Assembly (NCBI GenBank): GCA_964247055.1
Contig: OZ176054.1
Location: 9,176,001-9,240,000 of the forward strand
Direction of reading: 5' to 3'
Length of the DNA: 64,000 nucleotides
DNA from: Paragordius varius
Lineage: Eukaryota; Animalia; Nematomorpha
The notes under the pieces are model-generated. The model saw only the letters and a list, made by a program, of their open reading frames with translations, did no database searches and had not been told where the DNA came from. Positions 24,401-38,878 of this stretch are shown piece after piece. Position 1 is the stretch's first letter, and the number at the start of each line of letters is the position of its first letter. A program made the translations under genes and the position numbers.

Positions 24401-26664
24401 TGAGATATGAGGCCTTTGTACATTTGCTTTTTGCGCGATTAAATATCCTCAATGCAACGGAATAGTTGTGATTAAGTTTGGAAGCTTGTTATAGGTAGCC
24501 TAAATTGTATTATAATAATGAGACTCTTTGTTCTAATTATATTTTGTAGTTTTTTTTAATATTTTTGCATTAAAGGCCTTCGATTATGTTTTTCTCTGAT
24601 CGATTGAGTCGATACTTTGTTGGGATATGGCAAATTTTATATTTTTCTTTGGGGCGGGCGGTATATTTTCTCTATGGCTGTTTAAGTGGTGATTTTAATA
24701 GTTGATCAAAGGTCACAAGTGTTTAATTTTTAATAGTTTAAGGATTAAAATTTATTGTTAGGGTTGGAGTGATTAAACAGGAAGTAATTTATGGTTCAAT
24801 TTGGTTTCGCAAAAAAATTTTGTGGTTGTAGAAATTGTTACTTTATTTTCATTTTGGCTATTAAAAGGTTATGATCTAAATTACAGTCTGCGCTCGCATA
24901 GCATCGAGGCTCTGGAATGAGCTTATCTTGGCATTCCCAATATATAATCTATTTGGTTCGTATATTTACGGCACGGAGAGTTCCTAGTGTTAAGGCGTCT
25001 ATTAAGTTGTTTGAAAAACGAATTCGCTATGAAGAAATTGTGTTGTTGGCAAAAATCAATTGGCTTTTCACCTCGAGGGTTTTTGGCTTTACCAAGGCCT
25101 TTTCCCCCAGTGACCTTGTCTGTTTTATCGTTAGCTATGATAGCATTATAATCACCGATGACGAAAGTTATGTATTTTTTGGATGTTTCTCTGAGACCCA
25201 TTTGTAAGTCATTACACAACTTTTCGCATTCATCACACTCATGGGGGCATAGACTTGGGGTTTCGTATAAATTCGTAGGATATAATTCGAGAATAAGTAT
25301 ATTATAAATAAAAGTTTTCGATCAACTAATCAAATTAATCATATCCAAATACGTCAATTAATTCCTAACACTTAGCACTCCTCTTGGCCAGACCGTTTCG
25401 AGTCCAATGAACATAGGTTTACGTCAAGGCTGCATTTTATCCCCCATGTTGTTCAACATCCATCTGGAAAGTAGGGAGCTAAATCTGCGGGGGTCACACT
25501 CTGACTCGCCATTATGCCGATAACAAGGTAATTTTAGCTAATTCACAAACTCAAAAACAGTATGCAAAAAATACAAGCCTACACACTGAATCTCAGCAAA
25601 AGTAAAATTCTACACATCAAATCCCCCTGTTTCGATGATTCGCTACGGATTAATAACGAAATAATCCTAGTGGTCAACGAACATACATACCTGTTATCAA
25701 CGCATCAAGTTCCAGCACACAATACACAAAAAGAAGTATAGCTATAGCCGAATGCGATTTGCCTCACATTACAAACTATGGAAATCACAACAAAACTTCA
25801 ATTTATAAACGCCCTAATATTTCCTACCATCTTAAAGGGCAGTGAAAGTTGGACTATTAAAGTGATGACGAGGAAAGAATAAACGCCTTTGAAATATTCT
25901 GCTGGAGGAAAATACTTGGTATAACATGGAAGGACAAAGTGAAGAACACTGATATTTGAAAAGGAATATACTGTTAGGAAAAGTAAATGACAATATAGAG
26001 AAATTTGTTGGATGGACAAACTTTTAACGATTTCCAAAACGTTATTGCAAAAACTATCTCGAAAAGCCCGCAAGACAACTGAGTATAAGAAGTTTTTTTA
26101 GAAAATCGTTAATGGTCGATAATCGACTATACAAGTTCAACAACAGCATGCTGCATATGCTATCTGGCAATTAATATATAAACTAGCAATGTATAATTTA
26201 AAAACATATCAAAAACTTGTCGAGGTGCTAGATGAAGCAATTTTAGATCCCAAATTCACCAGTTGATCAAACATGTATGTTGGGAACAAAGGTTCCCTTA
26301 ACTCCCTCAAATAAAGTTTAAGTACACCAGCCACAGAATTGATATCCCTACTATCTTTTACATCTATCAAAGGGTCTTCACCTACAAACAAACAAACAAA
26401 TTCATTAGACGGATAACGTTATAATATGAAAAAGGATATTTTTGATAACATTAATTAAGTCACATAATACCTCTTTCGAAAGCGGCTTTAAATTCATTTA
26501 TTTCGACTTGGGAGCCAGATACACGGAATATTCCTTGATGATGTAAGCCTATATAAAAAAAGGCAAAATATTCGTAAATTATGTAAGTAGGGTTGAATCG
26601 ACGAGTTATGGATGTTATCATAAATCAGAAAATTTAAACGTTTTATTTTAAGGTAAAAAGATTA

Positions 26665-26695
<31 letters not shown>

Positions 26696-29600
26696 TAGAG
26701 TTTTGCTTTATGTTAGTTAGTTTTCCTAGTATTGAAACCGATTTGATTGGTAAATACAATTTGTCTATCTTATTTGCAATTTATAAATTTAATAAAAAAT
26801 TCATTTTTCGTTTCATATTTATAATATTTAGATAAATTACATTTTTAATACGATTTCATCAATATTTGGGGGGCATGATGAAACTACCTATGAATATTTG
26901 GTTTACTTTGATGATTATTTCAACTGATAAAAACCCATAAATGGTGTATAAATAAATTTCCTTACCATAAAGATTGATGACACGTATCGTACTTAGCATA
27001 ATTAAGGGAATATCTTGTCCGGTAGCCTATACCAATATATATGTAATAGATATATAGTTATATTAAAAAAACAAAAAACCGTAAATTCGGTTTTAAATAT
27101 TCCAAACTTCTGAGTTATATATCCGCCTTTTTTATCATATTCTTCTACTCATTATAATTATCGGTAAAATATGGAAAGGTTTGATATTATATTGATTCAA
27201 ACAGTATTAAACGTTTAAATAAAATTTAAAATAATACCATCTGACGTAAATGTATTGTTTAAGAACTCAGAAAATTACGAATACAATGTATTTCCAATGA
27301 GATAAAAGACCCTGCGATACATTATAATTTATATTGCACAATAAACATGAACAAAGCAAAAACAAAGTAGAATGAATGGCCTTTAAGCCAAATTCCTTAG
27401 CCCAAAACTGATTAGTATAGTATCAGGGATCAAAACGCTATACATTGCAAAGCATAAATTTTTTCAACAAATACAAAATTGAATTAAAAAAGAAAGTACC
27501 GCTAAATATTCCTCTAAACTTCCACCAAACAATTTGGGCTTGGGTAATGAAACGCCACTGAGACCGGTTATAACTGCTTTAGCGCCTATAAAACGCTTTC
27601 CAGTTCTACCAGGGGGTCCAGCCCCACTTACCGCGCTAGGCAAAATGTTTGGATTTCCTGAAATATTGTTATTATTATCGGATATAGGACCACCACTCGT
27701 TGGAGTATTATTATTATTATTAGAGGTAGGTTGTTGGACATTTGTTTCCTGTATCCCTCCTAGAGAACTATTTTGTTGTGCTGTGCTTTTTTCCATATGC
27801 TGTTGTAATTTTGAAAATTAATTTATTTGAAAAACCAAAACTTGTGTCTAACTTGGATGACAAAATTTGATTGTAGGTTCATTTCAGTTTATGTAAAAAG
27901 AGAATGTATTAATAGTTTTTCATTTAATACCAGATAGCATATACTTAAAAGTATAAAAATACTCTTTACTATATACTCTATTTGGTACATTTAAATAATT
28001 AGCAATATTTTTAATATTGTATATTAACATTTTCATAACTAAAAATGTGTACCAAGGTATCTGATAATCGATTGAGTTGTTGCACAGCATTATGTATAAT
28101 GATAAATTTGGCTTGTAATCTGGCTATCAGGTCACCACTCAAAAGGTATTCTCGAAATTTCTATCATATATAAATAAAATTATTTTTTTGTACACACAAA
28201 GGTAAAGTATGGGGATTTAAAATAAGTATATAAGAGAACTGACTTTTATATAGTAATCCTCTATCTCGATATGATCCATTTTATTTTTGTAAGTTATAGA
28301 GGGATCATTTGATGTGTTTGTGTTAATACTGGTATTAGTAGGCTCCACAGATAGTAACTCTGATGATGACGTGGTACTAGATTTACTATTCAATTTTTAT
28401 TAAAAATTTAAATTATATATTGGAAATGTTTGCGTTGAAAAAATATTACAGTCACAATTAAAATACAAATGAATTTTTTTAAACATTGAGAGTATAAAAA
28501 ACGGTTGAAAACACTAAATTTAAAAAAGTAAAAAATCAATTTCACATACATCAAATAAATCAAAATTATAATCTTTATATACACCATTTACACTTCAAAT
28601 TCACCCTCGAACAATGATTTCACCAAATAAATTATGTGTTTTTTAAGATTAAAAATTACCTATATTTTTTATTATTTTTAAAAAATGAATTTTGTTTAAA
28701 ATTTAAATATACTGAAAAAATAATAAACTAGGATATAAAAATATATTTCATATTAATAATAAGTTTAACCCGGAAAGACATAGTTTATTTTTATTGTGAA
28801 TTTGAATTATTCAAGGGTGAAATCGAATTGTTCTAGGATAAATTTCAATTGAAAGTGATATATATTAATATAAGGTGAGATCTGACCAGTTAAAAATACA
28901 TTCATAACTTTATAAATATATTTGTTGAAGATAAACCAGTAAAAACTTTCAAACAAGTTTATGTGATATCTTGTTTTATTAACAATGTTAAAAAATTGTA
29001 AAATGTTGGAACTTATAAATTTCTTTCTTATTATTTAAATAATTTATTTCATTTGGTTATTCAATTACATAATACATTATTATGATTGACCAGTTATAAC
29101 CGTGAATATAGGCGGTCAAATCAATATTGATTAAAAGCGACGCTAATATCTGGTCACTGACGATTTAATGTTTAATTATAACCATTTACATTAAACAATT
29201 CAAACTCACCCCTGAACATAACACCCTGAAAATAATTTTTGTGTCTTTAAGCTAAAATAAATGACCTAGAAAATATTTCTTCCTCGTATAGTATATTATT
29301 TTTTCTGTTTTATGTTAATTCGAAACGAAACTCATTTTTTCAATATATATAATAGTAATTTATAATATTTGAAAACATTATATTGTGTGAGGGTAAATTT
29401 ATGGCGCAAATGTTATAGATACATGTTGAAAACAAAATTTAAAATGTAAAACCTTGATATTTGCCCGGTAGAATTATAACCAAATCCAGAAATGATTCCA
29501 GATGAACTTGATGTATCAGCTAAAATTCCACCAGATTTTATGGTAGCTATTGCGGGTACATTTACTAAAAAACGGTAAACGTAAAATAAACATATACATT

Positions 29601-31225
29601 CATAAACCCATAATTTGTCTCTACTATAAAATAAATTATTTAATTTTTTTATAAAGATAAAACCATATTATTATAATGTCTATGATTTAAATTATATACT
29701 TGTATCGCAATAAACCACATATGTTGGTCTATTATAACATTTGAATTGTAACTTAATTGAAATGCAACCAAAAATCATAAAAAGTTTATATATAGATGAT
29801 AACGCATCCGTACGTAATAAATTAAAATCAATTTCCTCAAATTTGGAGCATAAAATAGATATAATTATATATAACGGAAATATATACCATTTACAATTCA
29901 AATTCACTCCCGAACCATTAGGATTCACCCTCAAATAAAATATATGTTTTTTAGAATTAAAAATTACCTATATTTTTATATATTTTAAAACCTAAAAATT
30001 TTGCTTTTAATTAAAATAATACTCAAAAAATAATAAACTATGCATGCCATAAAGATATATTTCATATAAATTATGAGTAATATTAGTTCGAAAACACATA
30101 ATTTATTTTTAGGGTGAATTTGAACTGTAAGTGATATATATTGATATTGATGAATAAAAATAAACTTGTCGGAGTATTTTCAGCAGTGGTTGATGATAGA
30201 CCTGCGCTAAAAAGTGAACCGACATTATATTGGCAAGCCGTGTACACCGCACTAAGGAGTGATTGTTCAGCTGTTTCAAGCGTTTTCCAAATCTCATCAT
30301 TCTCGGTTCGTAAAGAGGTTAGTCTTGAAGCAAGTTGGACATGTCTTTCAACTAATTCATCCCCGAATTCGGGGTCAGCAGTGAAGGAATTTATCTATTT
30401 GTCATATCATATATATATATTTATATTATAGATATGATAAATTTTATTTAATTTTCTATTATCATTGAATATAGGGAATAAATACGCAAATGAGTAAAAT
30501 AGGGGTGGCTATTTACATATTTTTTATGTGGTTTAGAGTGTTGATATAACCATTACTACGCATAATACCCCCGTCCCAACCACAAATATTTTTGTTTACT
30601 AAAAAGAATTTCATAAATAAAAAATCATACCAAATCGCCTCTGTGTTGTTTGAAAGACATTTTATTAGGTAACTGAAATGCCGTGTTATAAATCTCAAAG
30701 AAATGTTGTTTATCGCCTTTGGAATCCAAATTATTGATGATAGATACCGTTTCCCGCATACCCTCTTGATTCGAATATATAAGACGATCTTGACCTTGGA
30801 GATAAAGTTGAAGTGTAGCACTCAGGGATGGTAAAAATGCAATAGATCCACACTATATCAAAAATAGTGAGAAAAAGATGAAAAAACAGTATATTTTGAA
30901 TTGTAATAAACAAGTTTTAATTGCTTTTAATATATATCATATTACGTTACTTCTAAAGTTAACAAATAAGTAAACATCTAAAAATTTTCAAAAAATTAAA
31001 ATACTGTCATTTTTTTAAAAAAATCCAATTTTTATTTTCTTATGTTTTATATGAATAGCGTTGTAAGCCCAAGACAATTCATATATCACAACCGTATTCA
31101 TATATGGTTTTGGAGAAAAATAATGGCACAAAAAATATGGTAGCTACTTCCATAAAAAATGATTATTTTTTACTTTATAAATTTATCAGTATATTTTAAA
31201 ATTTGGATATTTTCATCTTTCCTTT

Positions 31226-31268
<43 letters not shown>

Positions 31269-34200
31269 AAAAAATATCAAATAATTATTAACCTTAAAAA
31301 ACAAAAACAATGAAGAAAATGAATGATAAATTAAAAAAATTAATTTTTACATCTAACAAATCATTCATGTCCTCTTGAAAAAATCGGTATATGGTAGTAT
31401 TAGCCGCCGCTAAACAAAGGATATACTCATTACGAGCCCGATCAACCTTGAGTTTGCTGGCAACATATTTTTCTTGTCTCTGCATTGTTATAAATAATTG
31501 CTTTTAATTTGAATAATTCCTCAAATAATATTTAATTTAAAAACTTTTATTAATATTGAAATAAAATATCATCTATTCTGAAATAGATGATCATAAGCCA
31601 TAATCAAAAATATTTAATAATCTTCAAAAAATATTTTAAGATATACCATTTACAATTCAAATTTACCCTTAATATATGTGTTTTCAGGCATTACAAATAT
31701 GAAATATAATATTATAGCATAGATTATTATTTTTCCAATATTATAATAATTTAAAACAAAATTTGATTTTTTAAAAATATTTTAATCTTAAAACACACAA
31801 TTTATTTTAGAGTGAATTCCTTCAAGTGTGAATTTGAATTAATCAAGGGTGAATTTGAACTGTAAATGGTTTATATGTACTATGTAATAGGCTAATTCGA
31901 ATGAAAGATAATATTATGATTAGAAGTTTAAAATAATCAATAATTATTTATAAAATGAATTATTTTTGTTAGTTAAAAGTATTGATGACATCTTTATTGT
32001 ATTAATCAAAGACAAAAACATCAAAAACTAATATTGTTACCAACACATTTTAACCTTTAATGGAGTCAGTGTTAAAAGGCGCAGTATTAAGCATTTTTAT
32101 TCCGGTTAAAATGTAATGATCAAAGAATAATTTAATTAATTATATTGAAAACAACAAAACATTAAGTAATAAATCTAAATTAAGGCATATCAAAATTATA
32201 GGGCCTGCTGAATAAAATCTAGTATATACTAAAAACTAGGTTTTTTCCAGTATATACTAGCTATGTATTGAATAAAAAAATATATTGCTTTTACTATCCA
32301 GTACGTACTATGTTTACCAGTATATACTGACAAATATCATTGAATAAAAATTGTCTTTTTACAAATTTTACCTAGTACTTACTGGTTTTTTTTAAGCTGG
32401 TAAATGGCAACATTTTAAACTATTATTTTTTCACTTAAAATAATATCGGTTATATTTTTATGAAATTTCTAAGATAAATGTTTTTTTAAATTACATGATT
32501 CATAATATATATATATATATATATATACATATATATAAACTTATTAATATATTAATTAAATATTATTTGTTTTATTATTAATAATAATTTTTTTCCTTCT
32601 CTATTTAAGCTTTGTGAGTTCAATTTGCAGAGATTATTACTTTTGTTAAAAAATATTGGTTTTTTTTCAAGAATGTTCACAATCATATCATTTTCTTCGA
32701 TTATTTCATTTTTGTGTAAAATATTTGAGTTTATATACTTTTTAATGACCTTAATTTTATTTTATAAACATTTAAATTTTATATATTTGAGTGAATATTT
32801 TTGAATGAAGCTATTTTTTATATAAAAAACCACCGATTTATTCAAATTCGAGTTATGACATGACCTTTTCATATTTTGGTTAAAAATTAAATATTTCTTT
32901 AATTTAGATTCTTTCATTTAGATTCATTCATTTGGATATATATCATCCATAATGATCGAGTTAATATAATATTATTCGTATTGATATTTGGTATATATTT
33001 TGTGAATTATAAATTTAACCTTGGAATCGTACATAGTTCCACATTATGCAAAACTATACCTAAAGTTATGGACGAAATAATATCAAAATCTCATCAATGG
33101 ATAAAATTTCCCAAGTCATTTGAAGAGCTCAATATTGCGAATAAACTATGGCTATCCAAATATAAAATGCCAACTGCTATTGGTTGCATTGATTGTTCAT
33201 ACTTTGAAATATTAAGACCTAAAGAAAATGTTGAGGCCTATATAAATAGAAAGGGTCGATGTACCCTCAATGTACAATTTACATGTAATGCCAATGAATA
33301 AATTACATCTGTGGATGCACAATGGCCATGATTCAAGGATATGGCGAAACACGATTGTTCAGTCATATATGTGCAAAAATGATTTCTGTTTGTTAGGTGA
33401 TAATGGATATCCACTATTCTATCATCCTGGCTCCTAACCCCCTTCAAAAATACGATGATCGATAACGGAAAATATTCAATAAATTACATTGTTCAAGAAG
33501 CATTATCGAGCGCGGGTTTTCGGTCAGATGAAGACCCGATTTCCTATACTTGGTAACGAAATTCGTTTAAGTCTAGAACGAATCCCAAAACTTATATTAA
33601 CATGTTCCATATTACATAATGTATCCAAATATATTAAAACCCTTAGCAGATTTTAATAGTAATTCATATTTTGGGAGGATTGTGAAGCAAATATTGATCT
33701 AACCCAAATACTCAAGGCTGGCAAAATGAAACGAGATTCAATTCAAACATTATTTTGATTTATTTTTTGTGTATTTATGAATAAATGTGTATTAATAAAT
33801 GCATTATTTAAAAATATGGGTAGATAATCGATATTTATTTTCCAAAAGTTAGACTTTCTAATTTTCTTTATGAATTTTTCAAACGCATTTTATGAATGAA
33901 ATCAAAAACCAACAAAAAACAAAATGAAAATAAACATTTTACACATACTAAAGACTTAAGTACGTACATGATAGTAAGTACCTATTTTTATTCAATGTTT
34001 TTGCAAAAACTAGTACATACTATCAAGCACCTACTACCCAGTAGGTGCTTGTTTTTATTCAGCAGGCCCATAATGCTAAATGACAATTTCTTACACGTCC
34101 TGTTTTGGTAATAATTTTTTTCTTAGATGCCGAAATCTTGTCTCGTATCTCAATTTTGTTCATTTGACCTTCGGCTAATTTGAGTTTTTGTTCTGATACT

Positions 34201-35821
34201 TTGAATGACGAATTGTAAATATGGTAAGATTTGATAGCCTGTACACAAATAGAAAGGATATAAATTGCTAGTTTATAAATATAATTTTACATTATTTTGT
34301 CTTTTACCGAGGATTTTTCGTTATATATTGTTTTAAGTGATATTTAACCTATTTTAAAAGTGGATAACTATAATCGTCTAATAAAAATAAACTTTTCTAA
34401 ACAAATGATTTCCATGGCTGTGCTTAAAATTAAAAATTAAACAATGTGTCAAAGTTAACCGACAATAATATGTAATAAATTAATATTATGCGGTTAAATA
34501 GAGATTGTAATTGAAATCATTTTTGGTTCGTAAAATATAATTTTTTAAATTAATACTCTACAGATTCACAAAAACGGTTTGGGTTTTATTCCCAAATATT
34601 TCTTAAAATAAAGTATTTTAATGTAAATTATATATTATTAGTGGGCATTTTTAAGATTATATATTAAATGTAGATATAATTCGCTATTAATAATATTATT
34701 TTGCAAAATTGTACAATTGTTTTGTAATAATTAAATTCAATAGTGTAATCAATATTCAAGCAAAAATTTCAAGTCGCAAAATACCGTATTTAATTCGCTT
34801 AGGACTTTGAATATCTCTTCGTGACATTTGTATCCAATTTCTTTGCACTAAATATGTTTGGGAAAAAAAGATATTATTAACATAAATTCTTTGAAATTTA
34901 TTTTGATTCAGGGCGATTACAAATAAAATACATAAAAAACGCCAAAACTTTGGCCCCTAAATTGTAAAAAAATCCACAAACATTTAGATAATTAGTTTTG
35001 TTGCGTATCAAACGGTAGTTTTATTTCTAAATAAGTTAAACAGAATGAGTTAAAAAATCTTTTATTCAAATATCAGATGTTTCATTATTGAAGCTTAAAA
35101 GACAACTAATCTTTTAGTAATATTGCGTATGTATCAAGAAATGCTAAAATTAATTTCGATAACTACTATAACTGCATTGTGGATGAAAATTTATTAATTT
35201 TTCATTAAGAAGTAATGTTTAAAGCAGGAAGTGTCCAATGCAAATGACTTTGTGAGCCGCATTTTTAAACAAAAAAAACGGCGGGTCGCATTTGAGATAA
35301 AAAAATAATATATGTGGGCATTCATAAATATATTACTATTAGATTCAAACGTAAAACTTTTAAATGCAATCACAATGTAACAATTTTCATAGTTTGTTGT
35401 CAATTGAATATAGGCTTTATAAAAAATATCAATTTACCTAAGATTTTATGTGCATGTGTTTGCAAATTATACATTTCTAAATTTTTTCCCCAGGGGTCGC
35501 ACCTGAGATTTAAAGCAAAAAATTTAGATTGTAATATAACTAATAAAACTGATAAAACAAAATACTCTTTTATGTATCCTTTGATTGTCTTCAATGATTT
35601 GAGTTAGGCGTGGACTAATAACAGCAAAATATAAATCCGAGACGGCTGAATGATTACGACTATCCTCTTTACAGCGCGACAACAAATTTTGCCAAATGGA
35701 ATAGGGTGTATACGAGGGCCAATGTTCACGTCTAACGTATAATATCAAAAAGTTTACATTTAATTATTACACGTTTCAAAAAAAATTATAATAACCAATT
35801 ATATGTACACAAATTTTGTGC

Positions 35822-35863
<42 letters not shown>

Positions 35864-38092
35864 TTGATATTAGAGATATTATATATACTAAGTAAAAAAA
35901 GCCAACAATTTAATCATTGCAATTGCTTAAAAATGTTGCGTTTGGTTTGAAAAAATGTTGCTTTTGACTGAAAAAGGGAATAAAAAAATATTAAATTTTA
36001 ACCAATCTACCGTTTAAGTTTTTGCATAAATTAGATTAAATTGTTAGACTGAAAAAAAAGTTAAGGAAAATAAAAAAGATAGCTCACAAATTGTGTGACC
36101 AATGGTTTTTGAATTAAAAAGTTCTTTATTTTGCAATATTATTAAAATTGTAATTATTTTATATGATTTCATAATTCCTAGTACATATATATATATATAT
36201 ATATGTATGTATATATAATTACAGATAATTGTATAGCGGTGTAATTATCTAAAAAATAACCATATACAAAAACGAAAAAAGATTTAACCACGTTTTTAAA
36301 TAATGTTTCCAGTATAATAACAAACAAACTTATGGGAAAAAAAGAGGATAATTTGAAAGAGTTTATATAAACACCATACAACACTTATTATAAAAAGGGT
36401 ATTAAGATAAATGGGATTTGGCATAAACGTAAAAAGTGATTATTTTGAACAGGGTAAAACGTATTTAATTATAATTGAGGTAACTAGAGATCCATGACCA
36501 TACTTAAAATAATGTTATTAAAAAACTACTTTCCAATTGAATTCATGCTTCTATCCTATGAAAAATTATATACAGTGTGAGAGTAAGTATAAATTGCTAG
36601 AAAGTTATTAATTGCTGCCAAATAATAAATACAACAAAGGGCAGTATTATTGGCTAATAATATTAAAAAGTGAAAAAAAATAATTATAAGACAATAATAC
36701 TGCCCTTTGTTGCATTTACTATTTAGTATAATAATTACTAACTTTCTAGCAATTTATACTTACTCATACTATAAATAAGTCAAAATATCAAAATGAATTT
36801 TAGTTTTGGAAAAAAAAATCCAAATAGCTACTTTGACGCCATATTTGCTCTGTAGCATTTTTTTAAAATATTGCATCCTTTTAATTTTAACACTATTTAA
36901 TTTATCTTTTTATGAGAATAAAAATATCAGACCTTATCTATACATTAGAGTTGATTGGCTCCAAAAAAATCAAAAAATCTTTAAATTAATTATATTACTA
37001 AATATTAAATATATTGAATAATAATAAATAAAATTCTAATATATCATATTTCAATAAATTATTATATCTAATTATAATTATTAGAATAATACTTATATAT
37101 CCCACATAGTAATGATATGCAAATTAACAAACCGATTGATTGATTTTATTTAATCATAAGATTTTAATTCAATCCAACTATTGTATACATTTTAATATAG
37201 AGAGTATACGGAAACAAATATAGATTGGCACTAAATAATTCATATATAATATAATTATAATCAAAAAACAATTTTATAATAATTATGTGAAAAAATTAAA
37301 AAAAAGTTTAAGATTTTAAGCATTTTTTTACTTTTTAGATTCAATCGCTAAATTGTGCATTAAGTTGACCAACAAAGTAGTTTTAGTATTCAAAATAATT
37401 TTTCGTTTATTCTAAATTTATAAATACAAATATATTATTCTTAATAAGCAAAAAAGTTTAATTTTCATTTTTTAGAAGAGTTTTATGAGGTGAATGGTAT
37501 ATTCGTTAATAAATATATATAAATTTTATATTATCACATCCTTGTTCAAGTTATCGATAAATCAGTAGAGTACATTAATTTAAATAAAATTGCTACTTAG
37601 AAGTAACACATTCGAATAGTAAAATAGATATAAAAAGAGATTTTTTACAAATTTGATAATTCACTAACCTAACCTAACTGAAACTAGAAAAGAAGAATTA
37701 ATAAAGTGTTTATTGATTTTTAATGAGTTTATTTATCTCCTCTTTGCTCTGAAAACATATGGTTTGATCATAAAAATTGAGTTTTTTTGTTAAAATAAAC
37801 CAAACTAAAAACTAACTAAAACTTTATACAGGCAAAGTTTTGCAAAAATTTTGTACCATTTAGCCTAATTTTTAATTAAAAAAACAATCATTTCTATCGA
37901 ATCGTCTTGTATAGAGAGTGTGGCCCTTAAAAAAATAATTATACTGAATATTAATAAGATATATAATTTTAATGTGCGTCGCAATTTGCAAAAGTAAACG
38001 ATTGAAAGGTTAATTCTAATAAAATCTGACGTTTCCCATGAGACTAATCTATAATCCTTTTTCCTACCTAAAAAATATTTTGGAGGGGCTGA

Positions 38093-38149
<57 letters not shown>

Positions 38150-38846
38150 TCACGTAAAGATGGAAAAAAAATTGTTTAAAACAAAATTTAAAAGAAATAA
38201 ATTCTTAATAGCCCCAAAAAAATTTGTAATACTTTGATTTTTCGTTTTTGTGACGGAGTTGAATGTTCCGTACCAATTTGTCAAGGTTTCTCGAATACTC
38301 CATCTCAATTTCGGACCGACGTTTAAAATAATCTTGGATCTCGACCAAAATAGCCAGCTCAGTATCAACTTTGGCATCAAAACATTTTAGCTGTTCATTC
38401 AATTGAGTCTTAAGATCTAAAGATTTAATATATAATTTTTATAATATTTGACTGTTTTAATAAAAAATCTTTTAAAATTGCATTGCCAATAAAATATGCA
38501 ACTTTTGGTCTACTGATGGAAATGAGACCCTTTACTAGTACTGCATACGAATCATATTTACCTAAAAAAATCAAATATGGAAAACAATTTTATTGTTAAT
38601 AGCAATAAAACTCAATTATAATTTGTGATTGGACGTGTTTTGAACACTCAATAAACCGGTCTGATAAGTTTAAAATACAGTATTACAATAAATAAATCCC
38701 TTTGATACAATAAATATAAAAATAATAATAAATCATAATGGTCATTTAATAAATTTGCTTAGCATAGCGTTTTTGCAAAATAAAATATAAAAGATAAATA
38801 TTTAAGCATAAAATATCCTATTAAGTTAATATAATTTCATTTCCAT

Positions 38847-38878
<32 letters not shown>

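Noticed and set aside
30513-30821. 102-aa ORF as an extra srGAP exon
   Set aside because: Wrong frame and phase; the homologous F-BAR sequence continues directly from 30631 to 30394.
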